Below, one piece after another: positions 21,860 through 32,171 of a stretch of 62,788 nucleotides of DNA. Source of the DNA: Candidatus Uhrbacteria bacterium (lineage in GTDB: Bacteria; Patescibacteriota; Patescibacteriia; UBA9934; GWF2-40-263); NCBI GenBank assembly GCA_023246355.1, contig JAHFIQ010000006.1, forward strand, positions 1 through 62,788, in the 5' to 3' direction. Both the position numbers and the translations under genes were made by a program. Under the pieces are notes generated by a model, which saw only the letters and a program-made list of their open reading frames with translations, was not told where the DNA came from and made no database searches. The number at the start of each line of letters is the position of its first letter. Position 1 is the first letter of the stretch.

Positions 21860-22432
21860 ATGTTACAAACCGCGATCTTTGACCAAGCAGCCGCGGTGCA
21901 GGCGCTTGAAAATATCAACTGGCTCAATCCATCGTGGGATCTCTTCATCCTCATCTTTTTTGTAGTCGCGTCGCTCATCTACGGGATCTCCCTTGGACGC
22001 GACCGCATCATTGTGATCCTCGTGTCCATCTACATGTCGCTTGCGATCGTAAATTACATTCCATTCGTCGCCGAGTTCAATGCGAAGATTTCTGTAAACG
22101 ATGCCTTTGCCCTTCGGGTCACTGTGTTTCTCGGAATCTTCATCCTCTTATTTTTCTTCCTTTCGCATTCGGCTCTCATGCGGACACTCGGCCATGGCGC
22201 TACGCAGGGACGTCTTTGGCAAGTGATGATTTTTTCCTTTCTTCACGTGGGGCTGCTCATCAGTGTGACCCTTTCATTTTTTCCGTCCGATCTCGCTGGG
22301 GTTCTGTCTCCTTTTACTCGCGCTTTATTTTTGAGCGACATTGCTCGTGCCGTCTGGGTTCTGTTGCCCGTGCTTGCCATGGCTTTGCTTGGCGGAGGGA
22401 GCGATGATCGCAGATACGGGTCTTACAATTGA
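21860..22432 (+). CDS. Multi-pass membrane protein (CvpA-like)
   Basis: Several hydrophobic helices; GGAGG RBS. Confidence 0.65.
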   Translation: MLQTAIFDQAAAVQALENINWLNPSWDLFILIFFVVASLIYGISLGRDRIIVILVSIYMSLAIVNYIPFVAEFNAKISVNDAFALRVTVFLGIFILLFFFLSHSALMRTLGHGATQGRLWQVMIFSFLHVGLLISVTLSFFPSDLAGVLSPFTRALFLSDIARAVWVLLPVLAMALLGGGSDDRRYGSYN

Positions 22433-22472
22433 CAGAGTCACGTATATCGTCTATCTGTGTAGAGTGGTTGAG

Positions 22473-22600
22473 AGACCGTCGCAAAACTCGCGATCTTGCG
22501 TTTCACGGGGCCCCTCCACCACCTCAACGTAGGATTTACCTACGTCTCGGCGGCTGGTTTCCCCGTTCAACGCAATCTCATCGAGTTTTTCAACGGTCTC
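22473..22600. repeat. Long imperfect hairpin element upstream of the ECF sigma gene
   Basis: Nested pairs GAGACCGT/ACGGTCTC, AAAACTCG/CGAGTTTT, TTGCGTT/AACGCAA, ACGGGG/CCCCGT. Confidence 0.6.
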
Positions 22601-22616
22601 GTTGGGATCCATTTTC

Positions 22617-23108
22617 ATGGATAAACGATCATTTGAAGCATTCTATAAAGCAAATCTTGACCGTATCTATCGATACGTTTTTTTTCGTGTCGGCCGTAAT
22701 GAGAGCGTGACTCAGGATCTTGTCTCGGAAATTTTTATTAAGGCGCTCCAGCATTTTGAAAAATACGACGAAGCTATTTCACGCTCAGCCTGGATTTATC
22801 GCATCGCGCACAATCATCTCGCCAACTATTTTCGTGACAAAAAGCCGCAGGTTGATCTTGAGGACGTTTCCTTTACGCTCGTAGGTGAAGACGGTCGCAG
22901 GTCCATGGAAACTTGGGAGGAACACTCAAAACTTGAAAAAGCCTTGCAACAATTGCCTGTGGAGGATCGGCGTCTGGTAACGCTCAAGTACATCGAAGGG
23001 TATGCATATGCAGAAATGGGCGAGATTCTGGATCGCACAGCTGATGCCCTCAAAGTGGCAACGCATCGAGCGGTGGTGAAACTCAGATCGCTCCTGAAAG
23101 AAACCTAG
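22617..23108 (+). CDS. ECF-type RNA polymerase sigma factor
   Basis: Region 2 'DLVSEIFIKA...WIYRIAHN', region 4 'ALQQLP...YAEMGEIL...VATHRA'. Confidence 0.9.
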   Translation: MDKRSFEAFYKANLDRIYRYVFFRVGRNESVTQDLVSEIFIKALQHFEKYDEAISRSAWIYRIAHNHLANYFRDKKPQVDLEDVSFTLVGEDGRRSMETWEEHSKLEKALQQLPVEDRRLVTLKYIEGYAYAEMGEILDRTADALKVATHRAVVKLRSLLKET

Positions 23109-23111
23109 ACT

Positions 23112-23777
23112 ATGTTTTTTCTTAAACGACAACTTAGACATCTGTCAAAACAAGGACAGCCATCCAAAGCTTTTCGCCAAGCCCTGTGGTTGAAGCTGTC
23201 TCAGGAACATGCGTGTTTGTATCCTACGACGACGTTCTATTCGCCACATGTTCGATTTGCGGCCGTCGGTCTCACAGCCCTTGTTGTTGTGTTCACGATG
23301 GGAACGGGTGTCTATGCCTACGAAAGCCCTGACGTGGTTGAAGGCCACCCACTGTTTGTTGTGAAAACCTCCCTTGAGGCTGTTCAAGAATCGTTGGCAC
23401 GGACTCCAGAGGCCCGTGCGGAGTTTCATGCGCGGATGATGGAGCGACGCTTGGCAGAAGGGGAGCATCATCTTTCTCGTGAGCCTGAGCAGGTGCAGGC
23501 ATCGCTTGATGCCGCGGCAGATCAGTTAGAACAAACCGTCGAGGAGCTCGCACCAGCGGTCGAGGATCCTGCACGGCGCGCACAGATGATTGAAGAGTTG
23601 TCCATTCACAACGCCCGTTACCTTGAGCTGTCAGCGCGTGTACAAGACAGCGAGGCAGAGAACAGGGAGCCGGCACACCTTCGATCGCGCGTCGAGGGAC
23701 ATGGGCTTTCTGAAGACGAACAGGTTCGGTTGTTTGAGAGGAAGGCGCGTGCCAGCGATCTCAACGACTCACCTTAA
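23112..23777 (+). CDS. Putative anti-sigma / DUF5667-like membrane protein
   Basis: Follows the ECF sigma; TM helix then 'GHPLFVVKTSLE...ERRLAE'. Confidence 0.6.
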   Translation: MFFLKRQLRHLSKQGQPSKAFRQALWLKLSQEHACLYPTTTFYSPHVRFAAVGLTALVVVFTMGTGVYAYESPDVVEGHPLFVVKTSLEAVQESLARTPEARAEFHARMMERRLAEGEHHLSREPEQVQASLDAAADQLEQTVEELAPAVEDPARRAQMIEELSIHNARYLELSARVQDSEAENREPAHLRSRVEGHGLSEDEQVRLFERKARASDLNDSP

Positions 23778-23787
23778 AACTAATTTT

Positions 23788-24291
23788 ATGCAAACAGCTC
23801 TCCTGAAGTCCTTGCGTTTCCCTGCGGCGATGCTCATTCTTGGCGCGATCATCCTGGCTCCAGCGTATTTCGTATCTGCAGATGAGGATACAAACTCTTC
23901 CGACGATGGATCCTCACAGCAACATCATCCACGTCATCCAGCTGGCATTCCTATGGAGATCACCTCTATCTCCGTTGACGCCGACGGTGTAGGAACGATC
24001 GAGGCCGAGCTCGTGCGTGTCCCGGATCAAGTCACACAGGACAAGGGTGTTGATGATGGCACAGGTGTGACCGTCACAACCACATCTGAGACAAAGTTTG
24101 TTGTCGATGGTGAGGAAGCAGACGCGAGTGACTTCTCTGTCGGTGAAACGATTTTCGTGGGAGGTAAAATCGATTTTGAGGAGCTCACCATTGAGGCCAA
24201 GGTTGTGAGTGACGAGCACCTACGTCCAAAACGACCCGGCTGCGATCCTGATGCTGAGCAAGCAGAACCATCCGATGATATCAGAGAGTAA
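23788..24291 (+). CDS. Secreted acidic protein (DUF5666-like beta domain)
   Basis: Signal peptide; 'VTTTSETKF...DFSVGETIFVGG...IEAKVV'. Confidence 0.55.
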   Translation: MQTALLKSLRFPAAMLILGAIILAPAYFVSADEDTNSSDDGSSQQHHPRHPAGIPMEITSISVDADGVGTIEAELVRVPDQVTQDKGVDDGTGVTVTTTSETKFVVDGEEADASDFSVGETIFVGGKIDFEELTIEAKVVSDEHLRPKRPGCDPDAEQAEPSDDIRE

Positions 24292-24354
24292 TCACAGCGC
24301 CGGCCCCATGGCCGGCTTTTGTTTTTCAATAACGGAGGTTATACTGACCCCGTT

Positions 24355-25740
24355 ATGCTTCACCTCTACAACACCCTCACCCGACAACAGGAGGCGTTCA
24401 AGCCGATTCATGAAGGCAAAGTTTCTCTCTATGCCTGTGGACCGACCGTCTATTGGTTTGCCCACATTGGGAACATGCGTTACTTCCTGTTTGTGGATGT
24501 CGTGCGTCGGACGCTTGCATTGAATGGTTATGAAGTGAAGATGGTCATGAACATCACAGACGTTGGTCATCTCACCGGGGATGTCGACGAAGGTGAGGAC
24601 AAGATGATCGTCGCGATGCGACGGGAGGGGAAGACCGCGACAGAGATCGCGCAGTTTTATACCGATGCTTTTTTGCAAGATATTGATCGGCTGAATATCA
24701 AGCGCGCCAACATCTACCCCAAGGCCACCGAACATATTCCTGAACAGATCGAGATGATCAAACATCTCGAAAAGAATGGGTTCACGTATCGGACAAGTGA
24801 CGGCGTCTATTTTGATACCGCGAAGCTTCAACGCTATGGTCGACTGTCTGGTCAACGATCGGAAGAAAAAAAAGCAGGAGCACGCGTTGAGATGGGAGAG
24901 AAGCACAACGCCACGGACTTTGCCCTGTGGAAGCTGAGCCCTTCGACAGGCTCAGGGCATTTGGCGGGGCGCCAAATGGAATGGGACTCTCCCTGGGGCG
25001 TGGGGTTTCCTGGTTGGCACATTGAGTGTTCAGCCATGTCGATGAAGTATCTCGATGTGCCATTTGATATTCACACCGGTGGTGTCGATCACATTGCGGT
25101 CCATCATGAAAATGAACTGGCTCAAACACAAGGAGCAGAGAATGAGCTCGAGGCGCATGTCTGGATGCATAGCGAGTTTCTGACGGTCGACAACGGCAAG
25201 ATGAGCAAGTCGCTGGGGAATCTCTACACCGTCGACGACCTCATCCAAAAAGGCTATGACCCGTTGGCCTTTCGGTATCTTGTGCTTGGCGCGCATTATC
25301 GGTCCAAGATTAATTTTACCTTTGAAGCCCTCGATGCGGCTCAGAATGCACTGAACAAATTGCGCCAGACCGTTCGAGATTGGGATGAGCCCGAGGTCGG
25401 ATGTGCTGAGTTGGAGGAAAAGTTTTTTGCGGCCGTAAACGATGATCTCAACACATCTCAAGCACTCGCTGTTGTCTGGGAGCTTGTGAATGCTGATCTC
25501 CCTACAAGCGCGAAAGCTGAATCGCTTCTGCGGATGGATCAGGTTCTTGGATTGCGACTGAAGGAGTTTGTGGCCCGTCCTCACCACATTCCAAAAGAGG
25601 TCCAGGAGCTTGTTACACTCAGAGAAGAAGCTCGAAAAACGAAGCAATGGGAGCGTTCTGATGAGTTGCGTTTACAGATCGAGAAGCTTGGGTTTCATGT
25701 GGAGGACACAGCAGCAGGTCCACAGATCAAAAAGCTGTAA
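24355..25740 (+). CDS. cysS: Cysteine--tRNA ligase
   Basis: 'YACGPTVY...HIGN', 'DFALWK', 'PGWHIECSAM', KMSKS. Confidence 0.97.
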   Translation: MLHLYNTLTRQQEAFKPIHEGKVSLYACGPTVYWFAHIGNMRYFLFVDVVRRTLALNGYEVKMVMNITDVGHLTGDVDEGEDKMIVAMRREGKTATEIAQFYTDAFLQDIDRLNIKRANIYPKATEHIPEQIEMIKHLEKNGFTYRTSDGVYFDTAKLQRYGRLSGQRSEEKKAGARVEMGEKHNATDFALWKLSPSTGSGHLAGRQMEWDSPWGVGFPGWHIECSAMSMKYLDVPFDIHTGGVDHIAVHHENELAQTQGAENELEAHVWMHSEFLTVDNGKMSKSLGNLYTVDDLIQKGYDPLAFRYLVLGAHYRSKINFTFEALDAAQNALNKLRQTVRDWDEPEVGCAELEEKFFAAVNDDLNTSQALAVVWELVNADLPTSAKAESLLRMDQVLGLRLKEFVARPHHIPKEVQELVTLREEARKTKQWERSDELRLQIEKLGFHVEDTAAGPQIKKL

Positions 25741-25793
25741 AGCCGTGGGGATAACCCGCGGTTTTTTATTTCTATGGTAAAATAGGATCGATT

Positions 25794-26321
25794 ATGGCTG
25801 ATGGACGAGAAAAAGATTTGCCCGTGGTAAAGCCGTTTGAAAAGCCGGCTGTGATTGGTGCTCCCCGTGAGACGACTCCGGTTGTAGAAACACGGGAGGT
25901 ACGTGAGGGGGAGGAAGGAGTCTCAGAACCCGTAGCGATGGAGGAACCGCGCGCCATGGAGACCGCAGCTGCTCCTGCTTCGGTTGTTTCGGTACCGGTG
26001 CGCATCGCTCCCAAAATAGACGATCGTCTGGCAAAAGAAATCGAGGGAATTCTTTCAGAGGATTTGACAGATCTCTATTTGGCAATGCCTCCTGAGAAAC
26101 AGCAATTATTTAAAACCAAGGGCGAGGAGACTGCATCGAAGGTGCGCGAGTTGGTGCGGGCAGCCAAAATTAACGCCAAGAAAATTTTTCAGCTTATTCG
26201 CGACTGGCTGAAAATCGTTCCCGGTGTCAATCGATTTTTTCTCGAGCAAGAAGCAAAAATCAAAACAGATAAAATCCTGCTCGTGAGTGAGGAAGAAAAA
26301 AAACGAAACGAAACCGTGTGA
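25794..26321 (+). CDS. Hypothetical protein upstream of the VirB4-like ATPase
   Basis: 175-aa ORF overlapping the start of the next gene. Confidence 0.7.
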   Translation: MADGREKDLPVVKPFEKPAVIGAPRETTPVVETREVREGEEGVSEPVAMEEPRAMETAAAPASVVSVPVRIAPKIDDRLAKEIEGILSEDLTDLYLAMPPEKQQLFKTKGEETASKVRELVRAAKINAKKIFQLIRDWLKIVPGVNRFFLEQEAKIKTDKILLVSEEEKKRNETV

Positions 26322-28867
26322 TGAGTCTATTCCAATTTGGTCTTCAAGCAACGACAGAACCTGCACGAGCCGTCACACAGGGGGATCTTTATATTTCCGG
26401 GTTGATTCTTTGGGGATTGGCCGGCGTGGGAGTGGTCATTGGACTCTTGTATGTCCTGCGTTTTGTTCTGCGCCGTGTCTCAAAAGCCAAACAAGCTACG
26501 TTTCAACGCGTGACCCTACTCATCACGCTGCCAAAATTTCGACATGAGGAGGAAAGCGAGCGGACAGGGTCCAAAGAACAAATCAAAGAAGCCATTGCGG
26601 CCGCGGAGATTTTTTTCTCTGCCGTGGGTGGACTCAAGGCTCAGCACGGATTTCATGCTTGGTTATTTGGTCGTCATGATGAAGTCGCGTTTGAAATTGT
26701 CTCGCACAACAAGCTCATCCGGTTTTACGTGTCCGTTCCTGTGGCCATGCGTCACATGATCGAACAGCAGCTTTCCGCTGCCTATCCTGACGTGTACATT
26801 GAGGAAGTTGAGGACTATAACATTTTCCAACCAACCGGCGTGATTGTGGGAAGCCACTTGGTCTTTCGACGGCAAAATTTCTTTCCGATTAAAACGTACA
26901 CGACTCTAGAAAAAGATCCGCTGAACGGCATCACTAACATTCTCTCGAAAATTCCCGAGGGTGATGGAGCTGCGTTTCAATTTTTGGTGCGTTCCTCGCC
27001 TGGCAAATGGCGAAAGCAGGGCATTCGTGTGGCGTCCAACATGCAACAAGGGATGAAGCTGGATGAGGCCATCAAAGGAAAGAAACACAAAAAAACCGAT
27101 TACTTGGAACTGGCTGGTCTTGGCGGGGACAAACAAAAAGAACCAGAAAAAGATTATCGCCTTTCGCCGCTTGAGGATCAGACAGTTAAAGGGTTACAAG
27201 AAAAGGCGAGCAAAGCTGGGATGGATGTGTGTATACGTCTGGTGAGTGCCTCGAAATCGGCTGAGTCAGCTCAGACGCTCATGCAAAACATGTTGAACGC
27301 CTTTGCGCAGTTTAACATTTACGAGTACGGCAATTCCTTTGTGAAGGTCGTGCCACGTCGCAAGAAACGAATTATCCAAAATTTCATCCATCGCATTTTT
27401 GATGAACGAAATACCATCGTCTTGAACGCCGAAGAAATGGCAAGCATCTGGCATCTCCCGCTCCCTTGGACAGATACACCAAACATCCAATGGCTTTTGG
27501 CACGCAAGGGTCCGGCGCCAGCCAATGTTCCTGGGCCTGAAGAAGGCGACATTGAACTGGGTTACAACATGTTTCGTGGGATCAAGACGCCGGTCTGGAT
27601 GAAATCTCTTGATCGGACGCGTCATACGTACATCATTGGAAAATCTGGATCCGGTAAGTCACAGTTGATCGCTAGTCTTGCCCTGCAAGATATTCGTGCA
27701 GGTCATGGGGTGGCGGTGGTTGAGCCGCATGGCGATCTGATTGAGCAAATTTTGGCCAACATTCCCAAAGAGCGCGTGGATGACGTGATTGTGTTTAATC
27801 CTTCTGACGTGGATCGGCCGATGGGACTCAACATGCTGGAAGCGAAAGACGAGAGCATGAAGGACTTTGCCGCACAGGAAATGGTCGCGATTTTTTACAA
27901 GCTGTTTCCACCGGAGATGATCGGGCCGATGTTTGAGCACCACATGCGAAACGTGATGCTCACCCTCATGTCTGACACGGAAAATCCTGGAACGATTGCG
28001 GAGATTCCTCGGATGTTCTCGGATGCTGATTTTCAACAGATTTGGCGAGCGAAGGTGAAAGACCCGGTTATTCAATCCTACTGGGTGAACGAGGTGGACA
28101 AAACCTCTGACTTTCATAAATCGGAAATGTTGGGATACCTCATTTCCAAAGTCGGTCGATTTGTGGAAAACGAAATGATGCGCAACATCATCGGCCAAAC
28201 GCGGTCCAGTTTTGATTTTCGTGAGGTGATGGACAAGAAGAAAATCTTGCTCGTGAATCTCTCCAAAGGAAAAACCGGCGATGTCAATGCCGAGCTCTTG
28301 GGACTCATCATCGTTTCTAAACTTCAGATGGCAGCGCTCACACGTGCGGACATTCCTGAGGATCAACGTCATGATTTTTATTTGTACATCGACGAGTTTC
28401 AAAACTTTATCACTGATTCGATTGCAACCATTTTGTCCGAGGCGCGTAAGTATCGTCTGAATCTCATCATTGCTCATCAATACATTGGCCAGCTCGTAAA
28501 AAATAATGACACGAAAATTCGCGATGCCGTATTTGGAAACGTTGGAACCAACTTCGTGGCGCGTATCGGACCTGAAGACGTGGAGACGCTTGAGAAACTC
28601 TACGCGCCTGAGTTCACCGGGTATGATATGATCAACTCGGATAAATTCACGTGGTACGTGAAAATGATCGTGGACAACGCGCAGATCAAACCCTTTACCC
28701 TCAACTTTAAACCACCGCCAAAGGGAGACGTTGAGCTCGCCACAGCGATCAAAGAACTTTCACGTCTGAAGTATGGCCGAGATCGGGCCATTGTGACAGC
28801 GGATATTACCGAGAGAATGCAGATGGTGAATATGGGGCCGGTAACAACGAAGCCAGGAGAGTTTTAG
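26318..28867 (+). CDS. VirB4/TraG/HerA-like P-loop ATPase (type IV secretion coupling-protein-like)
   Basis: N-terminal TM; 'RHTYIIGKSGSGKS', 'EPHGDL', 'YIDEFQNF', 'EARKYRL'. Confidence 0.85.
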   Translation: MMSLFQFGLQATTEPARAVTQGDLYISGLILWGLAGVGVVIGLLYVLRFVLRRVSKAKQATFQRVTLLITLPKFRHEEESERTGSKEQIKEAIAAAEIFFSAVGGLKAQHGFHAWLFGRHDEVAFEIVSHNKLIRFYVSVPVAMRHMIEQQLSAAYPDVYIEEVEDYNIFQPTGVIVGSHLVFRRQNFFPIKTYTTLEKDPLNGITNILSKIPEGDGAAFQFLVRSSPGKWRKQGIRVASNMQQGMKLDEAIKGKKHKKTDYLELAGLGGDKQKEPEKDYRLSPLEDQTVKGLQEKASKAGMDVCIRLVSASKSAESAQTLMQNMLNAFAQFNIYEYGNSFVKVVPRRKKRIIQNFIHRIFDERNTIVLNAEEMASIWHLPLPWTDTPNIQWLLARKGPAPANVPGPEEGDIELGYNMFRGIKTPVWMKSLDRTRHTYIIGKSGSGKSQLIASLALQDIRAGHGVAVVEPHGDLIEQILANIPKERVDDVIVFNPSDVDRPMGLNMLEAKDESMKDFAAQEMVAIFYKLFPPEMIGPMFEHHMRNVMLTLMSDTENPGTIAEIPRMFSDADFQQIWRAKVKDPVIQSYWVNEVDKTSDFHKSEMLGYLISKVGRFVENEMMRNIIGQTRSSFDFREVMDKKKILLVNLSKGKTGDVNAELLGLIIVSKLQMAALTRADIPEDQRHDFYLYIDEFQNFITDSIATILSEARKYRLNLIIAHQYIGQLVKNNDTKIRDAVFGNVGTNFVARIGPEDVETLEKLYAPEFTGYDMINSDKFTWYVKMIVDNAQIKPFTLNFKPPPKGDVELATAIKELSRLKYGRDRAIVTADITERMQMVNMGPVTTKPGEF

Positions 28868-28868
28868 T

Positions 28869-29495
28869 ATGTACGCATTCTCTGAAGACGAAATTGAAGA
28901 TCACGCATTTGAAGCTGAGCCTGATGTCGAGCTTCATGCCAACCGCGCTGAGCACGGCGATGTCCGTGGGCGTTTGGCGTTACAGATGTTGCGGCAGGTG
29001 CGTGACTCGATGAACCATGTCATTCAGTTGCTGGAAGAAGGCGATACGGCTCGTGCGACCCGGCACATGGTCGATTTCGTTTCAAGCAAGAAACATACAG
29101 AAGCAGAACTTGAAACGCTTTCCGGTTCTCGAGTCTTGGAAGGTGTCTTTGATGGTCAGGCGATGATTGGAGCTGATGGTATGCGTTACGCTGTGCCAGA
29201 AAATTACGCCTCGAAATCCAAACTGGTGGAAGGGGATATTTTGAAGCTCATCATCCAACCCGATGGAACAAATGTGTTCAAGCAAATTGGACCGATTGAG
29301 CGCAAGCGGCTCGTGGGCCAACTCGCGGTTGATGCTGCTTCGCAGCTGCCGGTTGTGATCTGTGGTGAGGACGTGTATAAAGTCTTGGCCGCAACGGTCT
29401 CGTACTTTAAGGGAATTCCAGGTGATGAGGTTGTCATTCTTGTTCCAAGCGGCGGCCGCTGTGCTTGGGCAGCTGTTGAACGAATCAGTCATTAG
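28869..29495 (+). CDS. Conserved hypothetical protein
   Basis: 208-aa ORF in an operon-like run; 'EGVFDG...YAVPENYASKSKLVEGD...FKQIGP'. Confidence 0.7.
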   Translation: MYAFSEDEIEDHAFEAEPDVELHANRAEHGDVRGRLALQMLRQVRDSMNHVIQLLEEGDTARATRHMVDFVSSKKHTEAELETLSGSRVLEGVFDGQAMIGADGMRYAVPENYASKSKLVEGDILKLIIQPDGTNVFKQIGPIERKRLVGQLAVDAASQLPVVICGEDVYKVLAATVSYFKGIPGDEVVILVPSGGRCAWAAVERISH

Positions 29496-29507
29496 GTTGT
29501 AGCTCTT

Positions 29508-31013
29508 ATGTCAAAAGTTCTCTATCGCGTTTATCGGCCATCGCTGTTTGATGAAGTCAGTGGACAGAGTCATGTCGTCAAGACCCTCCAAAACCAATAC
29601 GCCTCTGAGTCTCTGGCTCATGCCTATGTGTTTACTGGTCCACGCGGCGTTGGCAAAACCACGATCGCCAGGCTTTTGGCTAAGCTCGTGAATTGTTTGA
29701 GTCCCAAAAAAAATGAGCCATGCAATACGTGTGCAGCTTGTGTGGCCGTGAGTTCGGGAACAGCGCTCGATGTTTTTGAAATCGACGCGGCTTCTCATAC
29801 GGATGTTGAGCATGTGCGAGAAACGATCATTCAGTCCGTTCGTTTTGCTCCAAGCTCGCTCAAAAAGAAAGTCTACATTATCGACGAAGTGCACATGCTC
29901 TCAGGCTCAGCGTTTAATGCTCTGTTGAAGACGCTGGAAGAACCTCCTGAACATGCCTTGTTTATTTTGGCCACGACGGAAATTCACAAAGTTCCCGAAA
30001 CCATTGTGAGTCGTTGTCAGCGATTTGATTTTCGAAAAATTTCGTCTGAGGAATTGGTTGCTCGGATGCAGGGCATTGTCAAAGAAGAAGGCGTGAAGGT
30101 TGATGTGGATGTTCTTGAGGCGATTGCCAAGCACAGTGGTGGCTGCGCACGGGATGCGGAGAGTCTGCTTGGCCAAGTCCTCGCGCTTGGAGAAAAACAG
30201 ATCAGCATGAAAGAAGCCTCGCTTGTGTTGCCAGCCACCGCAGAGATTTTGGTGGAAGATTTCGTGGCGGCGCTTCAACAATCAGATGCATCGCAGGCGA
30301 TCACACTCCTGAATACCTATCTTGATCAAGGCGTTGATCTTCATCAGTTTCTATCAGACACCACATCGTGGCTGCGAGATCGATTACTCGAGTCTGTCTC
30401 AGGGAAGCAGACAGCCTTGGATACGGACTTCCTGCAAAGAACGATTGGAGAGCTTTTGGCAGCTGAGCGATTGATTCGCTCCGAGCACATTGCCCAACTC
30501 CCGGTAGAGCTCGCGATTATCAGAATCTGCACAGCGGCAGCGAAAAAAAAGGATTTTCATGAACAGGAGGTTGATTCAGTGCGAGTAGAAAAAGTCATGA
30601 AGGCCGTAGAGATCGTACAGGTCAAAGATGAGGTAGTCCCAGGCTTCAGCCTGGGTGCGATTGAGCGGGCTGTAGAGAGTACGGTCTTCGACACCATCCC
30701 TGTCATCAGCATCGACGAGGTCAAAGAAAAGTGGCCGCAGGTGTATGAGCAGATCAAGTCCTGCAATGCCTCTCTGCCATTGTTTATGAATTCGTGCGAG
30801 GTGTGTGATGTGATTGGCGACCGAGTGGAACTTGGGTTTGAGTATGATCTCTATGTGCAGACCGTGAATCAAGATAAAAATCGTCGTACCATAGAAGATG
30901 TGTTTGAAAAAGTGCTTGGGAAACGCATGCGGGTGAATGCTATCCAATCCAAGCGACCAGAAGAGGAAACGGTCCAGGAACTTCTTACGGAGTTTGGTGG
31001 GAGCGTGATCTAG
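29508..31013 (+). CDS. dnaX: DNA polymerase III subunit gamma/tau
   Basis: 'LYRVYRP', 'GPRGVGKTT', 'IIDEVHML', 'NALLKTLEEPP', 'SRCQ'. Confidence 0.96.
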   Translation: MSKVLYRVYRPSLFDEVSGQSHVVKTLQNQYASESLAHAYVFTGPRGVGKTTIARLLAKLVNCLSPKKNEPCNTCAACVAVSSGTALDVFEIDAASHTDVEHVRETIIQSVRFAPSSLKKKVYIIDEVHMLSGSAFNALLKTLEEPPEHALFILATTEIHKVPETIVSRCQRFDFRKISSEELVARMQGIVKEEGVKVDVDVLEAIAKHSGGCARDAESLLGQVLALGEKQISMKEASLVLPATAEILVEDFVAALQQSDASQAITLLNTYLDQGVDLHQFLSDTTSWLRDRLLESVSGKQTALDTDFLQRTIGELLAAERLIRSEHIAQLPVELAIIRICTAAAKKKDFHEQEVDSVRVEKVMKAVEIVQVKDEVVPGFSLGAIERAVESTVFDTIPVISIDEVKEKWPQVYEQIKSCNASLPLFMNSCEVCDVIGDRVELGFEYDLYVQTVNQDKNRRTIEDVFEKVLGKRMRVNAIQSKRPEEETVQELLTEFGGSVI

Positions 31014-31152
31014 GAAAAGAAAAAGCGACCATCCGTTGATGGTCGTTTTTTGGTTCTGCGGCCCGGTCTCGATTGATGCCTTTAAGGGGGCTTTGAAGCA
31101 CCCCTCTATAGCCACCCGACTCTGTCCCGGTCGGATAGAACTCAAGGGATTT

Positions 31153-31983
31153 TTATTTAAATGATCCCAGTTTCTTGTATGCGCTAAACTCGCCCTCGCC
31201 ATGAAGCGTGGGGTCAAAGTTGCCATCGTATAGGTCGAATGAATCAGTTTCGTGTACGTAGTGAATGAAGCCAATATCGCCTTGAATGGTTTTTAGAACA
31301 TCGGTTTTATCGATTAGGACGTTTGCGTTCACATCCCACAGCAGAAGTTTTCGGTTGTCGCCTTCGGGACTTACATCGCCAGTGACAAAGGCGATCTTCG
31401 TGTTTTCCCAGTTATGACCCGGACGAGAGCTAACATTTGCTGCGTCAATTGATGCGAGGATATTGCCATCTGTCGTACTTCCCAAGGCAATTTTGGTGTT
31501 TTCCGGATTTACTGCAAAGAATGTCGTGAGGTCCCATTCGTCAACGATGCTTTTCACACAATACTCAGTGCGCGATATTGTGAATTTTTCTTTCTCCATT
31601 TTTGTTCTGTCGAGGTAGAGAATGTTTCGCTGGCATCCATTCGAATTTGGGTCATCAAACGTGTGGACGATCTTTTGCGGCGAAGCTCCGATAAGCGCAA
31701 TGTTTGGGGCTATAAATTCGGGGTAGCGAGGATCATCTGACGGGATCGCATCGACAACCGCGCGGACGTCCCAATTTTTTGGATCATCTAAACTATAATC
31801 GTAATCATTATAAATAAGCTCAGTTTGTCCTTTTTCGTAGGTAACAAGGGAAAGATCGTACAATGATGACGCGGAAAGAACTTTTCCCCGCATGATTTCG
31901 GGATGAAGCACTTGGATGCCAATAATAATCCCGATTCCTGCAATGAAAAGCGCTGTATGCTTAAGGAATACCTGTTTTTCCAT
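31153..31983 (-). CDS. Hypothetical exported protein (AT-richer, next to tRNA-Gln)
   Basis: 276-aa ORF with an N-terminal hydrophobic helix. Confidence 0.65.
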   Translation of the reverse strand: MEKQVFLKHTALFIAGIGIIIGIQVLHPEIMRGKVLSASSLYDLSLVTYEKGQTELIYNDYDYSLDDPKNWDVRAVVDAIPSDDPRYPEFIAPNIALIGASPQKIVHTFDDPNSNGCQRNILYLDRTKMEKEKFTISRTEYCVKSIVDEWDLTTFFAVNPENTKIALGSTTDGNILASIDAANVSSRPGHNWENTKIAFVTGDVSPEGDNRKLLLWDVNANVLIDKTDVLKTIQGDIGFIHYVHETDSFDLYDGNFDPTLHGEGEFSAYKKLGSFK

Positions 31984-32097
31984 ATGTACGAAAGTATATG
32001 ACAGAAAGAGCTATTCCACAATGCAAAAGCCCGGAGTCTTGCGACTTCGGGCTTTTTGCTGGTCACCTCCTGTTCCGGTAATCGGAACAGGTTGTGA

Positions 32098-32171
32098 TGG
32101 TTCCGGGACTTGGATTCGAACCAAGATAAACAGATTCAGAGTCTGTTGTCCTGCCATTAGACGATCCCGGA
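32098..32171 (-). tRNA. tRNA-Gln (CTG)
   Basis: Reverse complement TCCGGGATCGTCTAATGGCAGGAC-AACAGA-CTCTGAA-TCTGT...GGTTCGAATCC...CCCGGAACCA. Confidence 0.93.

Noticed and set aside
26318..28867. Conjugative element or ICE around the VirB4/TraG-like ATPase
   Set aside because: No relaxase, integrase or other T4SS genes; it sits in a housekeeping run between cysS and dnaX.
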